Notes: a model not told the origin generated them from the letters alone. DNA of 64,000 bases from Eledone cirrhosa (GCA_964016885.1 OZ024741.1:179304001-179368000); one strand, 5' to 3'; positions 22,927 through 37,284 are shown, numbered from the stretch's first letter. Program-made: numbers and translations.

Positions 22927-23854
22927 TGCATCGCCATAGTTCCATTACTTCTTTTACACATAGACGTGAATTTGAATAGGTTGTTTGTTAAAAATGTTTA
23001 CATTTTAGCAAATAAAACCTGTTTTGTGAATATATTGCTCTAAAACTTCATACAGTCGTTTATAATTAGATATCGCCCCCACACATTGCTGGACATAACA
23101 GTTTGAAATACAGTCACACCACACATTTTTCGATACTTTGGATAACACACCTACGCCGGATTATACGTTTTGTCGGACTAACAGAAGTCATGTAATAATA
23201 ATTCATAGTAAATTCCAAATAAACTATAGCCACTTATTAGTATGTCTCACTACCAGACATTATGAACACACATTTGTTTATTTATAAAAATCACACGAAA
23301 GAAACACTCTTCCTACCCACTCATTATTTTCCTCAATCGATATGGACTTATGTTTACGTTTTACACTAGTACTTACACTTGCACTGTTCTGGATAGCCAT
23401 ATCTAGGTATATATGTAAATAAAACACTGAGGCTGCAGTAGCCACCGATATCAGTATATTCAAATAATTACAAATAGCAAATAATCACGTTCCGATTAAA
23501 AGTGCCAAGCTATTAAATACCAGAAAACCCGGAGGATTACCTGTATTTGTATAGCAAATCTTTCCCTTTTTGACCAAGTTTCGCTAGAAATAGCAGCCAA
23601 ATCTCTGTCCAAATTATATCCTAGCATTTTTAAACAAGGGAAAGAACGCATTGTATAATGTAGTTTTAGATATACTTCTTTTGGAGGAAGAAGTGGATTG
23701 TTCATTGTTGGAAAGTCTTTCATCGTGGGGTTAGACAACAACGAACTCATAGAAAATTCATGCAACCTTTAATAAACCTCGAAATCATTGAGCCTCACCA
23801 AGGTTTTTTTTATTCTTCGAAATTATTTCTCAATCCTTACGTTGTTGTATTTCC

Positions 23855-25270
23855 GAACTGACAAACCCAGCTCTGCCCACTGTAGTAAAGCTTCAGCCAA
23901 CTCCTTGGTGGAACTAGTTCAAGTTGGGAAGGATAGGATGTAACCCACCAAAGGAGAGCAAGCGTGGGTGGAAAGAAAACAAAGTAGGGACAAAAATGTA
24001 CACTTACGCAGACAGATACCTGCAAACCGTACAAATTCTTGTCGTCTGTCCAACGCTTCAACGTCCTAATATTCAGTGAGCACGAGGATTTGGTCAATGC
24101 CCGATTCTTCAGAGTCCCGTGACCAAGCTGTCTTATCCAAACGGTTTGCAGGTATCTGTCTGCGTAAGTGTACATTTTTGTCCCTACTTTGTTTTCTTTC
24201 CTCCACCCACGCTTGCTCCCCTTTGGTGGGTTACATCCTATTCTTCCCAACTTGAACTAGTTCCACCAAGGAGTTGGCTGAAGCTTTACTACAGTGGACA
24301 GAGCTGGGTTTGTCAGTTCCAGTTACTGATGAGGGTAGATAGAAGCAGCGAGTATGGAACAATCTGCGTTCGAGGGAAGCTTTCAACTCTCTCTTTGATC
24401 TTTTCGATCAATTTTCTAGGTACCGCTTACTTTCTGCAAGCGCAAAGTTCTCAGGAGACTGGATTGATGCCCTCGCCATGGCCAACATTGGTAGCCTTCT
24501 CAGTCAGGACGAACTCTGCATCTCCATTGCACTTCGAGTGGGAGCCGGCGTCTGTTGGAGTCTGAGAAGCCGCTGTGATAGGTCCCTCGGCTCCACGGCT
24601 TTACATGGTTTGTCCTCTCGCTTGAATGCTGGTCGTTTTGCCCTTCATACCGAGTTAAACTTGATCATCAAATGGTCCGCATCAAATATCCCCACAGTTC
24701 TGGAGCTAGCTGCTTTATCCAGGAGTGATGAGAAGAGACCAGACGGTCTTACCCTTTGTCTCTTTGTGAGAGGTATGTGTCTCATCTGGGACGTAACAGT
24801 CAGTGACTCTTTTGTTCCCTCCCACATCATGGACGCCACGGGGAATGTGGAGGTCACTGCTTCCGTTGCCGAACGGAATAAAATTCGGAAATACCTGAAC
24901 TTATCAAATAATTATCTTTTCCAGCCTGTGGCGTTCGAGATGTTTGGTGGAGTTGGGCCGCTGACAGCGAAGTTCTTGTCATCATTGGCGGCTCACTTGA
25001 CTGAGGTGTCAGGTGATGCCCGTGAGTGTGCCTGTTTATTTGAGCGCCTTAGCTTCGCCATCACCCGTGATAATGCTGCGAGCGTGTTGGCTTGCCTGAC
25101 CTGAAAGTGTGTAGTTAACCCCTAAGGTGTGAGGTGCAGCCGATTATCGCATTTGGTGGTGAATCCCCCCCCCCCCTCCAATCCTCTTTTTTTTCTTTCC
25201 TTTGTCATTATTGTTCAATGAATTATATTATTATATTTTTATACACGTTGAAGAATTAATAAAATAAAAT
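23855..25270 (+). mobile_element. 5'-truncated CRE-clade (RLE) non-LTR retrotransposon with inverted duplication at its 5' end
   Basis: Frame reads DQAVLSKRFAGICLR..KQRVWNNL..RLLSASAKFSGDWIDAL..RSDEKRPDGLTL..WDVTV..AERNK..FQPVAFE (restriction-like endonuclease); A-rich tail at ~25258; 23855-24030 is the reverse complement of 24141-24319. Confidence 0.8.
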
Positions 25271-26024
25271 ACAACAGAATTCTGTTGCAAATCTGGAATA
25301 ATAGTACCATTGGTTACATATTTCCAAAGGGCCAATCAAATTTGTTTGGTAGGCTTATCGCGAGCCCTCCTACATCTTTGGTAACCATTGGCGTATGATT
25401 GAGTGTATGCGGGTCTTCCGATTTTTTTTCCTTCATTATCTCTCCACTTTCTTTTTTTTTCTCTAAGTACTAAGTTTAATTAATTTCTTTTTTAATTGTG
25501 TTTATCAATAAAGATAAAATCATTTCAAATATATCTATTAATTGATATACTTCTCCCCCACGTTCTCCTAATTCCGTAGAAGAAAAATCATATATAAAAG
25601 TTATATTGACAACTCTGTGTTCTATTTTCTCCTTAAACAGATCTACAGCTATCAATGGCTATGCTGAATTATTAACCCATTTTCTTTTTATGAAGGAACA
25701 TTATGAAACATAAAACTACAGGAAAGCAAAATATACGTAAAATAACAACACTTAGTTTCAACAAAGGATAAGCAAAAATAACATTACAACAGCATTATTG
25801 TGTTTTAAAAATGTGTTTATTTTTTTCATATATATACAAATAAAATGTGTTTGCGGGTACCTTTACAATATACACATATCAAGAATGAATAATGACCGTA
25901 CACAATTTAAGAACATCTAAACAGTTCTCTGTAATGTTTATATCACAGTATTTAAGCAAAGTTTATGAGTGTATAATTTCTCAGTTCATTACTTCATGTC
26001 TTCAAACCATGGTCTCTTCGTTGC

Positions 26025-27896
26025 CTATGACGCGCAATGATTCCCGTCAGAAGTAGATGATGTGTGTAGTTTGGACATGATAGGTGAGCAGAGTTTCTGT
26101 GCTTCTTTAAATTTGTAGGTAAATTCATCTGTGTCTGCTAAACTGTTGGTGTCTATCCACTCTAACGTCTCGTTACACATATCAAGTGCCTGTTTCTTAT
26201 CTTGCTCAGATAGTTTATCGTTGTCTGCATCGAGTGCTTGTTTCACATTGAATATGTATTGTTCCAATTCATTTTTAGCTGCAATACGTTGCCGTTGTTT
26301 TTCGTCTTCTGCCTCATATTCTTTAGCTTCGTTTATCATTCTTTCGATTTCCTCTTTACTTAAACGACCTTTGTCGTTGGTGATGGTAATTTTGTTGCTT
26401 TTTCCTGTGCTTTTATCAACAGCAGAAACGTTGAGTATTCCATCAGCATCCATATCAAAAGAGACTTCTATTTGCGGTACACCTCTGGGAGCTGGTGGAA
26501 TGCCACTCAGCTCGAAACGACCGAGACAATTGTTGTCTTTTGTCATTGCTCTTTCTCCTTCGAATACCTGGATAGACACACCCGGCTGGTTATCTGAATA
26601 GGTAGTGAATACATTGGATGCTGTACACGGGATTCTGCTGTTGCGCTCGATAAGTTTGGTCATCACACCACCAGCCGTTTCTATTCCAAGTGACAAAGGT
26701 GCTACATCTACAAGCAATACATCTTTTATGGAATCGCTCGTATCTCCAGAGAGAATTGCAGCTTGTACGGCAGCTCCGTAGGCGACAGCTTCGTCTGGGT
26801 TGATGGATTTGTTGATAGGCTTTCCTTGCATGAAATCCTGAAGTAATTTCTGGATTTTGGGAATGCGTGTTGATCCACCGACCAACACAATGTCATGGAT
26901 ACTGGATTTATCGAGCTTGGCATCTCGCAGAGCTTTTTCAACTGGTTCTAAGGTGGATCGGAAAAGATCACTACAAAGATCTTCGAAGCGTGCTCTGGTA
27001 ATCTTCGAGTTAAAATCGATGCCTTCATAAAGAGAATCCAATTCCACCGAAGCTTCTGTACTACTCGATAGGGTTCGTTTAGCTCGTTCACATGCTGTAC
27101 GCAAACGCCTGATAGAGCGTGGGCTTTCTTTGATATGATTCTTGTGTTTACGCTTGAATTCGTCGACAAAGTGATCAACTAGCCGGTTGTCGAAGTCTTC
27201 TCCACCCAGATGTGTGTCACCAGCTGTAGCTTTCACCTCAAAAAGAGATCCCTGGTCAATTGCCAAGATGGAAACATCGAATGTACCACCGCCCAAGTCA
27301 AAAATCAAAACGTTCTTCTCACCAGATAAGTTTTTCTCGAGACCGTAAGCGAGTGCGGCGGCCGTTGGTTCGTTTACAATTCTCAACACATTCAAACCAA
27401 CTATATTGGCCGCATCTTTCGTTGCCTGTCTCTGAGAATCATTAAAGTAGGCCGGTACTGTTACTACTGCGTCTTTAACTTTACAACCCAGGTAAGACTC
27501 AGCTGTCTCCTTCATTTTATTCAACACCATCGAACTAATCTCTTCGGGTGAAAACTGCTTTTTCTCTCCCTTGTACTCCACTTGCACATGTGGTTTGTTA
27601 CCATTTTTGTTCACTACCCCGAATGACCAATACTTCATGTCGTTTTGTACAGAGGTATCGTTAAAGTGACGTCCAATTAAACGTTTAACATCGAATACTG
27701 TGTTCTCTGGGTTGAGGGTCGCTTGGTTTTTTGCTGCATCACCCACCAATCTTTCGGCATCCGTAAAAGCTACGTAACTTGGAGTTGTCCTGTTTCCCTG
27801 GTCATTAGCAATGATTTCTACTTTGCCATGTTGAAACACACCTACACAGGAATAGGTTGTTCCTAGATCGATACCAATAGCAGGTGCTTTCACCAT
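26025..27896 (-). CDS. HSP70: Intronless inducible-type cytosolic HSP70, copy 2 (623 aa, no C-terminal EEVD)
   Basis: Same signatures as copy 1; about six amino-acid differences ([38 protein letters not shown]). Confidence 0.97.
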   Translation of the reverse strand: MVKAPAIGIDLGTTYSCVGVFQHGKVEIIANDQGNRTTPSYVAFTDAERLVGDAAKNQATLNPENTVFDVKRLIGRHFNDTSVQNDMKYWSFGVVNKNGNKPHVQVEYKGEKKQFSPEEISSMVLNKMKETAESYLGCKVKDAVVTVPAYFNDSQRQATKDAANIVGLNVLRIVNEPTAAALAYGLEKNLSGEKNVLIFDLGGGTFDVSILAIDQGSLFEVKATAGDTHLGGEDFDNRLVDHFVDEFKRKHKNHIKESPRSIRRLRTACERAKRTLSSSTEASVELDSLYEGIDFNSKITRARFEDLCSDLFRSTLEPVEKALRDAKLDKSSIHDIVLVGGSTRIPKIQKLLQDFMQGKPINKSINPDEAVAYGAAVQAAILSGDTSDSIKDVLLVDVAPLSLGIETAGGVMTKLIERNSRIPCTASNVFTTYSDNQPGVSIQVFEGERAMTKDNNCLGRFELSGIPPAPRGVPQIEVSFDMDADGILNVSAVDKSTGKSNKITITNDKGRLSKEEIERMINEAKEYEAEDEKQRQRIAAKNELEQYIFNVKQALDADNDKLSEQDKKQALDMCNETLEWIDTNSLADTDEFTYKFKEAQKLCSPIMSKLHTSSTSDGNHCAS

Positions 27897-28089
27897 TCTT
27901 TTTACTCTATGTAGCCTTGTGAAAACTTGTAAATAGCTTCCAAACTTTTTTCCTTCTGGTTATCTTTTGGTAATGTTTGTATTTCTGTTATATGTATATA
28001 TTAAATTAGATGTGTATAACTTATAACAAATGTTTCTTAAGTAAGATCCTTCTCGCCAGTTGTACACAGCAGAGCTTCCGTAAATATTT

Positions 28090-28226
28090 GAATGACACAG
28101 CTAAATGATTCAGGTTATATATATAGTTGAGAGTTACTCCCCCTCCCTACTCTTACGCCATCGTATTTTAACTAGTTACTTCTACAATATTTTAAAGTGT
28201 TAAACATGTTTCTGGAACTTTACAGG
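28090..28226 (-). promoter_or_regulatory. HSP70 copy 2 promoter: TATA box and weakened HSE
   Basis: TATA at 28125-28115; HSE reads tTTCtgGAActTTAc at 28209-28223 (third unit mutated). Confidence 0.8.
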
Positions 28227-29248
28227 TGCATCGCCATAGTTCCATTACTTCTTTTACACCTAGACGTCAATTTGAATAGGTTGTTTGTTGAAAGATGTTT
28301 ACATTTTAACAAATAAAACCTGTTTTGTGAATATATTGCTCTAAAACTTCATACAGTCGTTTATAATTAGATATCGCCCCCACACATTGCTGGACATAAC
28401 AGTTTGACATACAGTCACCACACATTTTTCGATACTTTGGGTTCCAGACCTACGCCGGGTTATACGTTTTGTCGGACTAACAGAGATTATGTAATAATAA
28501 TTCATAGTAAATTCCAAATAAACTATAGCCACTTATTAGTATGTCTCACTACCAGACATTATGAACACACATTTGTTTATTTATAAAAATCACACGAAAG
28601 AAACACTCTTCCTACCCACTCATTATTTTCCTCAATCGATATGGACTTATGTTTACGTTTTACACTAGTACTTACACTTGCACTATTCTGGATAGCCATA
28701 TCTAGGTATATATGTAAATAAAACACTGAGGCTGCAGTAGCCACCGATATCAGTATATTCAAATAATTACAAATAGCAAATAATCACGTTCCGATTAAAA
28801 GTGCCAAGCTATTAAATACCAGAAAACCCGGAGGATTACCTGTATTTGTATAGCAAATCTTTCCATTTTGACCAAGTTTCGCTAGAAATAGCAGCCAAAT
28901 CTCTCCCCAAAATATAAATGAAGGACGCATTGTATAATGTAGTTTTAGATATATTTCTTTTGCGGCAAGGAGTGGATTGTTCATTGCTGGAAAGTCTTTC
29001 ATCGTGGGGTTAGACAACAACGAACTCATAGAAAATATACAAAATCAAATAAAACAGAATTTTGTTGTATTATTGTTAATCTGGAATAATGGTGTCTGCA
29101 GCTTGATATGAAATAAATATCCCTTGAGCCCTGGTTATTCTGTCTCACTCATGTTTACATTCATTGCTGATACATCTTTGGAAGTTATGGTATACGCCTA
29201 TATACAGTTGTTCCCCGGTATTTGCTGGGGTTATGTTCCTAGAGCACC

Positions 29249-29727
29249 TTTAACGAAGGGTATAAATAAGAAATGTTTAGAATGATTTAACATAATTGGT
29301 TTACTTTATTTCAATCAAAAAAGTACAATAAAACAGTTACCAAAAGTTGAGAAGGTTGACGTTGTCGTCGTGAGTCTGAGACCATAGTGAGTGAGAGAGA
29401 GTAATGGTTTGTATACCTCTGTATTTCTGTAGACCACTGGGATCTGTTGATAGCGGTGAATCTTTACATAGCTTGTTGTAATTCGTAGTGCTCCGATGTC
29501 TCTGTGTTTCTGTAGACAGCGGTGAATCTTTACATAGTTAGTTGCTAGCGTAATGCTCCGATCTTTCTGTTCAAGGGAAAATATAGGCTTTATATACCTG
29601 TCGCTTTCTGCCTCCCACCTTTAGGGGATAGCCTACGCATCAACCTGTTCACACCAAAAGGATGGTGACCTAGAATTTGACCTTTAGGTGTCACACAAGG
29701 TTCAAGGCGTGGACAGATCTCGCTACA
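29249..29727 (-). mobile_element. Solo LTR (Gypsy-like) with 4-bp TSD
   Basis: TGTAGCG 5' end; CACC duplicated at 29245-29248 and 29728-29731; homologous to 10919-11555. Confidence 0.75.
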
Positions 29728-29842
29728 CACCAGTGATAAGTGAAAAACCGGGAATATTGGACGTGATCCATAAAAATGCCTATAAACGTCGAAACATAAC
29801 GTAAAATATAGGCCAGCAAATACGGTATATTGTTATTAATAA

Positions 29843-30370
29843 CTAGCTGACATACCAGACTTCTTTCAGGTAAACAGATGATAAGAGAAGACAGGTAGAA
29901 GAGAAAATGACTGTATTGGATGTTTGTCTGGTTTACAGTATGAGGCGAGACTGCCGTGTGTGTGTGTTACAAAAAAAATAAACAGTAAAAAAAATCTTCC
30001 AGATACACTAGATTATTCGTTTTGCCTTATGCATAGTATATGAAGACCTCTAGGTGTTTCCACTCTTGAACAACCTACATATGTCCATGGGTAAAAAGCG
30101 ATTATCTTGTATTCAATTCTAAAACTTTGAAACTGAGCCTGAGCTTTATGTACAGTCATAGCAAAATTAGCTCTAACAGGGAACTGAAGTCTTGAGAATT
30201 TGAATGGCAGCTCGGTAGAGGAAGAGAGAAAAGGAATCTTGGGAATAAATTCATTTTCTCCTTGATGGTTGCCTTCAAGAATAGTGACGTCTAGGAGATG
30301 GTTCATCATCTTTCGGGCTGTAAAACGCGTGCCATTGAATAGAAGTAGCGGGTCCACGTTTCTCAAAAAG
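29843..30370 (-). mobile_element. Helitron 3' fragment with PIF1-helicase remnant
   Basis: ORF 30013..30366 NGTR..IPKI..LPFKFSRLQFPVRANFAMTVHKAQ..YVGCSRV; 3' end with weak hairpin and CTAG at 29846-29843. Confidence 0.85.
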
Positions 30371-30621
30371 ATGATGGAAGTTCAAATATTTTATATTATA
30401 TGTAGATACAGATATATAGATAATTTTATATAAATATGTGTATGTGTGCGAACCAGCGTCTGAATTGTGTGTTTAATTCTCTGTTTCTGGTTAAGTATTT
30501 ACGTGAATATGTGTGTATGTAACTTACTAAGGCGTAACGCACGTAACGAACACGCAAACATACACACACTCATATACAGAATGTGACGTTGTCATCGTGT
30601 TATAAAATACCTGTTTGCTTA

Positions 30622-31258
30622 TTTATATATCTAAAACTGAGAATGTCTCTGTCTGTCAGCTCACTAAAACTCGAGAACCACCTAACCGATTGTTTTCAAA
30701 CTTTACACGTGTAATACGTATGGTCCTGTGAGTGTTTTGAGCAAAAATAATTTCAAATTTTTTGAATGCCCTAGGGACCGCATTAGGCGATTTAGCGATC
30801 TCTCTATATAATTCTTAGTCTTTCTTTTTAGAGATACATAGATATAACGTCGCACCCTTATATCTGTCTATATGTCTGCATTACGTCATTATGATGCAAT
30901 CAGTGTGTGTGTATATATATATTCTTATGCCAGGGAACGTCTTCACGAACCAAAGTATCGTCTTCCTGTTTTCATTCGGTTGCAACGTTTTTCGAAATAT
31001 TTACTTCTGCGTTCACAGATTGATTTTTTTAGTTTCAGAAGATCCCGTTAAGGGTGAAAGCAGCGATTCTTTGCTTAAACTTTAATCTGTTATTTTAATA
31101 TATATACATATATATATAATTATATATTCGTGTACAGATATTTTTGCATACACAATAACAAAATATAAACAAACGTATTTATTTTATGAGGCTCGATAAG
31201 GATAAATATATATCAAATATATAAGAACCCTAGAGCAAATTCCGAGCCATTCTGCTAG
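30622..31258 (+). mobile_element. Non-autonomous Helitron
   Basis: 5' end tatatatctaaaactg..tgtctgtc resembles the Helitron at 49890; 3' end ..cattctgCTAG|T. Confidence 0.55.
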
Positions 31259-31767
31259 TAGTTGTCTATAGTAGCTTATTTTAGTTAGTGTGATATTGTT
31301 TTAATCCAAATGAAAATAAAAATTATGTTGTCACTCCCAGTGTCTAATACTATTATCACCTTGTAAAATTTGATTTGATTTGGTCAAGCCATTTGGGAAT
31401 GCATAAGGAAAAGACAGACTTAGAGACAAAGAAATTTATATAGAGAGAGATTTAGTGCTAAAAAGTGTGAAAAAATATATATTGTTTCTACATTTTGGCA
31501 CAAGGCTAGCAATTACGCCAGTGCATTATTTTATCGACCCCATAAGGATGAAAGATAAATTTAACCTCGGCGGAATTTGAGCTCAGAACGCAAAGCATGG
31601 TGTCCGACAATCTACCGATACTGCCAATCCCCCAAATATATATATATTGCCACGAAAAAACCCGTAAAAAATCGCAGAAGATATTTACGATTCCACGAAT
31701 ATGCAGTGGTTTCTACGAACAAGGATTGGTTATGTTCTAAGGAAAATTCCGCGAATGCCGGGGGTAC

Positions 31768-31822
<55 letters not shown>

Positions 31823-31823
<1 letters not shown>

Positions 31824-32198
31824 GAGGCACATGGCATTGGCCTTGCAATCGAAAGGTTGTGAGTTCAATTCTCAGACCGGGAGATGTGTTGTTTCCTTGA
31901 GCAAGACACTTTATTTCACATTGCTCCAGTTTACTCAGCTGTAGAAATGAGATGATAGGGACTGGGGTCCCTATCATTCCACTGCAAAGTGGTCGTGGAG
32001 GTGCCACGGCAAAAAAGCACCCGGCCCACACTGTAAAATAGACATGTAGGCGCCACGGAAAAAAAAAGCACCCAGCACTCACTGTAAAATGAGGTTGGTA
32101 TTAGGAAGGGCATCCAGCTGTAGAAATCAAGCCACAATCAGTTCCCGTACCACCCTTGCAAGCAGGGAAAAGCAGACGTAAAATGATGATGATGATGA
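31823..32198 (+). mobile_element. tRNA-derived SINE with RTE-derived tail (family B)
   Basis: B box GAGTTCAATTCT, central ccttgagcaagacactttatttcac domain, RTE-like tail ending (ATG)n; A box lost by a 14-nt deletion relative to the copy at 62845-63151. Confidence 0.8.
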
Positions 32199-34020
32199 TA
32201 GATATAGATATAGATGTTGTATCTGCAGGAAAACAACATGAATGAATTTATCTGGAATAGCCCCTATGATACACAAAATGAGTTCATTGATTTAAAGGGA
32301 CAATTAATTATTCAATTTGAAACAGCTGTGAACAGAAAACAAAGACATGGACCTCATACAAAAGACAACAAATAACCAGAAATAGTTAGTCATCATCATC
32401 ACTGCTTAATATCTATTTTACATACTTGTATGGATTAGATGGATTGTCACGTTCTGAAGCTAGAAAGGTTAGGTGACCACGTCCAGCTCATAGGTTCCTT
32501 TTATGGTATGGTTTCTATGGCTGGATACCCTCCTTAATACTAACCACTTTACAGCATAGACCAAGAGCTTTTTTCCTTGCCACTGTACTCACTGCTTTTT
32601 TTGTCATGGTACTTGCATGACCATACCATCTTACAGGGTGGAGAGGAGCACTACCACCTTAGAGAGCACAGGGGTTTTTTTTTTCTTGTAGAACCAACAT
32701 GACTGCATTCCAGAGAAGACTAGGTTCTTCTTGTCACAGCACTAGCACGATCATCCTACTAGGTTGACTATGTGCTATTTGTTCTAGCACCAGTATATCT
32801 TCCTTATAGAGTGGAATGGGTGTTATTTGTTGTGGCACTAGCTCTATTACTTTAAGATGTGGACTGTATGTATAAATATATATAAAGAGATCATGTACAT
32901 GTGATCTTTTGCTACCAAGCCCGAGTAACATTGATAAGGTCAGGCTGGTATTTTAAACATTGCAGTACCCACCATTTGCCAGGTGTGAGCACAGATACTT
33001 TCTTTACAAGAGAGAGAGAGAGAAAGAAAGAGAGAGAGAGGGGGAGAGAGAAAGATAGGGGGGGGGGGGGGCAGAGAGAGAAAGAGAGATAATAATAATG
33101 GTTTCTAAATAAGAATTAAACAATTTACATTTTAAAATGGGTTTTATTAACATGTTTTAGTTTAGAATTTCACTTTAAAAAAAAAAGAATGTTTTTCTTT
33201 TTAGCAAGAGAGAGAGAAGTTTGGTTTGAAGAAGTGTTTATTGTACAAGAAACTGTCTCTTGTTGAGTTGAAAGCATCCTGACTAAATATAAAATAAAGT
33301 TGTATAATATCATAAAGAGGGTGGGGAATATAAAATAAAAAATTAAAAAAAACTTTTAAAATATTTTGCTTTTATACAAAAAAGTAACGAAATAATAAAT
33401 GTGAAAACATGATTTCTGAATTAGCCACAAGGTCAGAAATTTGAGGGGAGGGGAAAGTCGATTATAAATGATCCTCAGAATTTGACTGGTATTTTATTTT
33501 ATCAACACCCTGCTCTTGACCATCTGTCCCAGAGGATGAAAGGCAAAGTCGATATAATGACCTCATACTTGGGACTGGTACATTATTTTATCGACCCTGC
33601 CTGGGAGGATGACAGGCAAAGTTGACCATGGCGCAATTTGACCTCAGAACATAAAGGGCCATAATTGATTACTGCAAAGTATTTTGTTTGACAACTAAAC
33701 AAAGAAAAGAAAACCCAAAACAAATCATTTGCAAAATTCATCCCAAATCAATATCGTAACAAAACTTGTATAGTTAGAGAGAGAACAGTTGCTGACAAGA
33801 AAACATGGACAAAAATAACAAAACAACAAAACATACAAGTTTTAGTCAGGGTCAGTGGGTTATTGTTGGTGTTGCTTAATCCATAGTTTACATCTTTTAA
33901 TGATAATACAGTGGTGGTGGCTTTCCAATGGGACATGATTAGTTTTTACATATTTATACATTAATTAATTTGACTGTAGGCTAATATATATACATATATA
34001 TATATATACATATTTAAGTA

Positions 34021-34235
34021 AAGCGTGTGACTGAGTGGTTAGGGAATTGGATTCACAATCTTGAGGTTGTCAGTTCGATTCCTGGACCGTGCGATGCGTT
34101 ATGTCCTTGAGCAACACACTTTATTTCACGTTGCTCCTTCTACCTGGAGTTGCGACCGATAGATAGTATTAGCGATTGGAAAGACCAAAGGAAACATTGT
34201 TTCCTCGGTCTGTATTGGCGAAAGTCGATCGATCC
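34021..34235 (+). mobile_element. tRNA-derived SINE
   Basis: A box TGACTGAGTGG, B box AGTTCGATTCC, same central domain as family B. Confidence 0.75.
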
Positions 34236-34245
34236 TAAAAAAAAA

Positions 34246-34923
34246 ATATATATATACATACACACATATATATACATACACACATATATATATATATATA
34301 CACACATATATATATACACACACATATATATATATACACACATATATATATATACACACATATATATATATATACACACATATATATATATATACACACA
34401 TATATACACATATATATATATATATATACACATATATATATATATATATACACATATATATATATACATATATATATACACATATATATATATACATATA
34501 TATATACACATATATATATATACATATATATATATACATATATATATATACATATATATATATACATATATATATATACATATATATATACACATATATA
34601 TATATACATATATATATACATATATATATATACATATATATATATACATATATATATACATATATATATATACATATATATATATACATATATATATACA
34701 TATATATATATACATATATATATACACATATATATATACACATATATATATACATATATATATATACATATATATATACATATATATATATACATATATA
34801 TATACATATATATATACATATATATATACATATATATATACATATATATATATATACATATATATATATACATATATATATATACATATATATATACACA
34901 TATATATACATATATATATATAC

Positions 34924-34986
<63 letters not shown>

Positions 34987-35027
34987 CATATATATATACA
35001 TATATATATATATACATATATATATAC

Positions 35028-35074
<47 letters not shown>

Positions 35075-35130
35075 TATATACATATATATATATACATATA
35101 TATATACATATATATACATATATATACACA

Positions 35131-35166
<36 letters not shown>

Positions 35167-35401
35167 CACATATATATACACATATATATATATATACACA
35201 TATATATACACACATATATATATATATATACACATATATATACACATATATATATATATATACACATATATATACACATATATATATATATATACACATA
35301 TATATATACACATATATATATATATACACATATATATATATATACACATATATATATATATACACATATATATATATATACACATATATATATATATACA
35401 C

Positions 35402-35440
<39 letters not shown>

Positions 35441-35493
35441 CACATATATATATATATACACATATATATATACATATATATATATATATACAC

Positions 35494-35544
<51 letters not shown>

Positions 35545-35727
35545 CATATATATATATACATATATATACATACATACATACATATACACATATATATACA
35601 CATATATATACACATATATATACATATATATACACATATATATATATACACATATATATATATATACATATATGTGTATAGCCATATATATATATATACA
35701 TATATATATATACATATATATATACAC

Positions 35728-35762
<35 letters not shown>

Positions 35763-35773
35763 CATATATATAC

Positions 35774-35808
<35 letters not shown>

Positions 35809-35821
35809 CATATATATATAC

Positions 35822-35852
<31 letters not shown>

Positions 35853-35867
35853 CATATATATATACAC

Positions 35868-35902
<35 letters not shown>

Positions 35903-35913
35903 CATATATATAC

Positions 35914-35946
<33 letters not shown>

Positions 35947-36113
35947 GACATATATATATATATAGACATATATATATATAGACATATATATATATATAGA
36001 CATATATATATATATAGACATATATATATATATAGACATATCTATATATATAGACATATCTATATATATAGACATATCTATATATATATAGACATATCTA
36101 TATATATATAGAC

Positions 36114-36144
<31 letters not shown>

Positions 36145-37253
36145 CATATATATATACATACATATATATATATATACATATATACATATATATATACATA
36201 TATATATACATATATATATATATACATATATATATACATATATATATACATATATATATACATATATATATATATACATATATATATACATATATATATA
36301 CATATATATATATATAGACATATATATATATACATATATATAGACATATATATATATAGACATATATATATATAGACATATATATATATAGACATATATA
36401 TATAGAGAGACATATATATATATAGAGACATATATATATATATAGAGACATATATATATATAGAGACATATATATATATAGAGACATATATATATATATA
36501 GACATATATATATATATAGACATATATATATATATAGACATATATATATATATAGACATATATATATATATAGACATATATATATATATAGACATATATA
36601 TATATATAGACATATATATATATATAGACATATATATATATATAGACATATATATATATATAGACATATATATATATATAGACATATATATATATATAGA
36701 CATATATATATATATAGACATATATATATATATAGACATATATATATATATAGACATATATATATATATAGACATATATATATATAGACATATATATATA
36801 TAGACATATATATATATATAGACATATATATATAGACATATATATATATATAGACATATATATATATAGACATATATATATATAGACATATATATATATA
36901 GACATATATATATATAGACATATAAATATATAGACATATAAATATATAGACATATATATATAGACATATATATATAGACATATATATATAGACATATATA
37001 TATATAGACATATATATATATATAGACATATATATATATATAGACATATATATATATATAGACATATATATATATATAGACATATATATATATATAGACA
37101 TATATATATATATAGACATATATATATATAGACATATATATATATAGACATATATATATATAGACATATAAATATATAGACATATATATATATAGACATA
37201 TATATATAGACATATATATATAGACATATATATATAGACATATATATATATAC

Positions 37254-37284
<31 letters not shown>

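Larger units (their letters stand above)
29205..31771. mobile_element. Tigger/pogo-like non-autonomous DNA transposon expanded by nested insertions
   Basis: Left end TA|CAGTTGTTCCCCGGTATTTGC matches the reverse complement of the right end GCGAATGCCGGGGGTACACTG. Confidence 0.6.

Noticed and set aside
19997-25270. HSP70 copy 1 captured inside a single CRE element (RT upstream, endonuclease downstream)
   Set aside because: Comparison with unit 2 shows the endonuclease-bearing piece is a unit-1-specific insertion, while the start of the RT fragment is shared by both units; they are best read as separate insertions.
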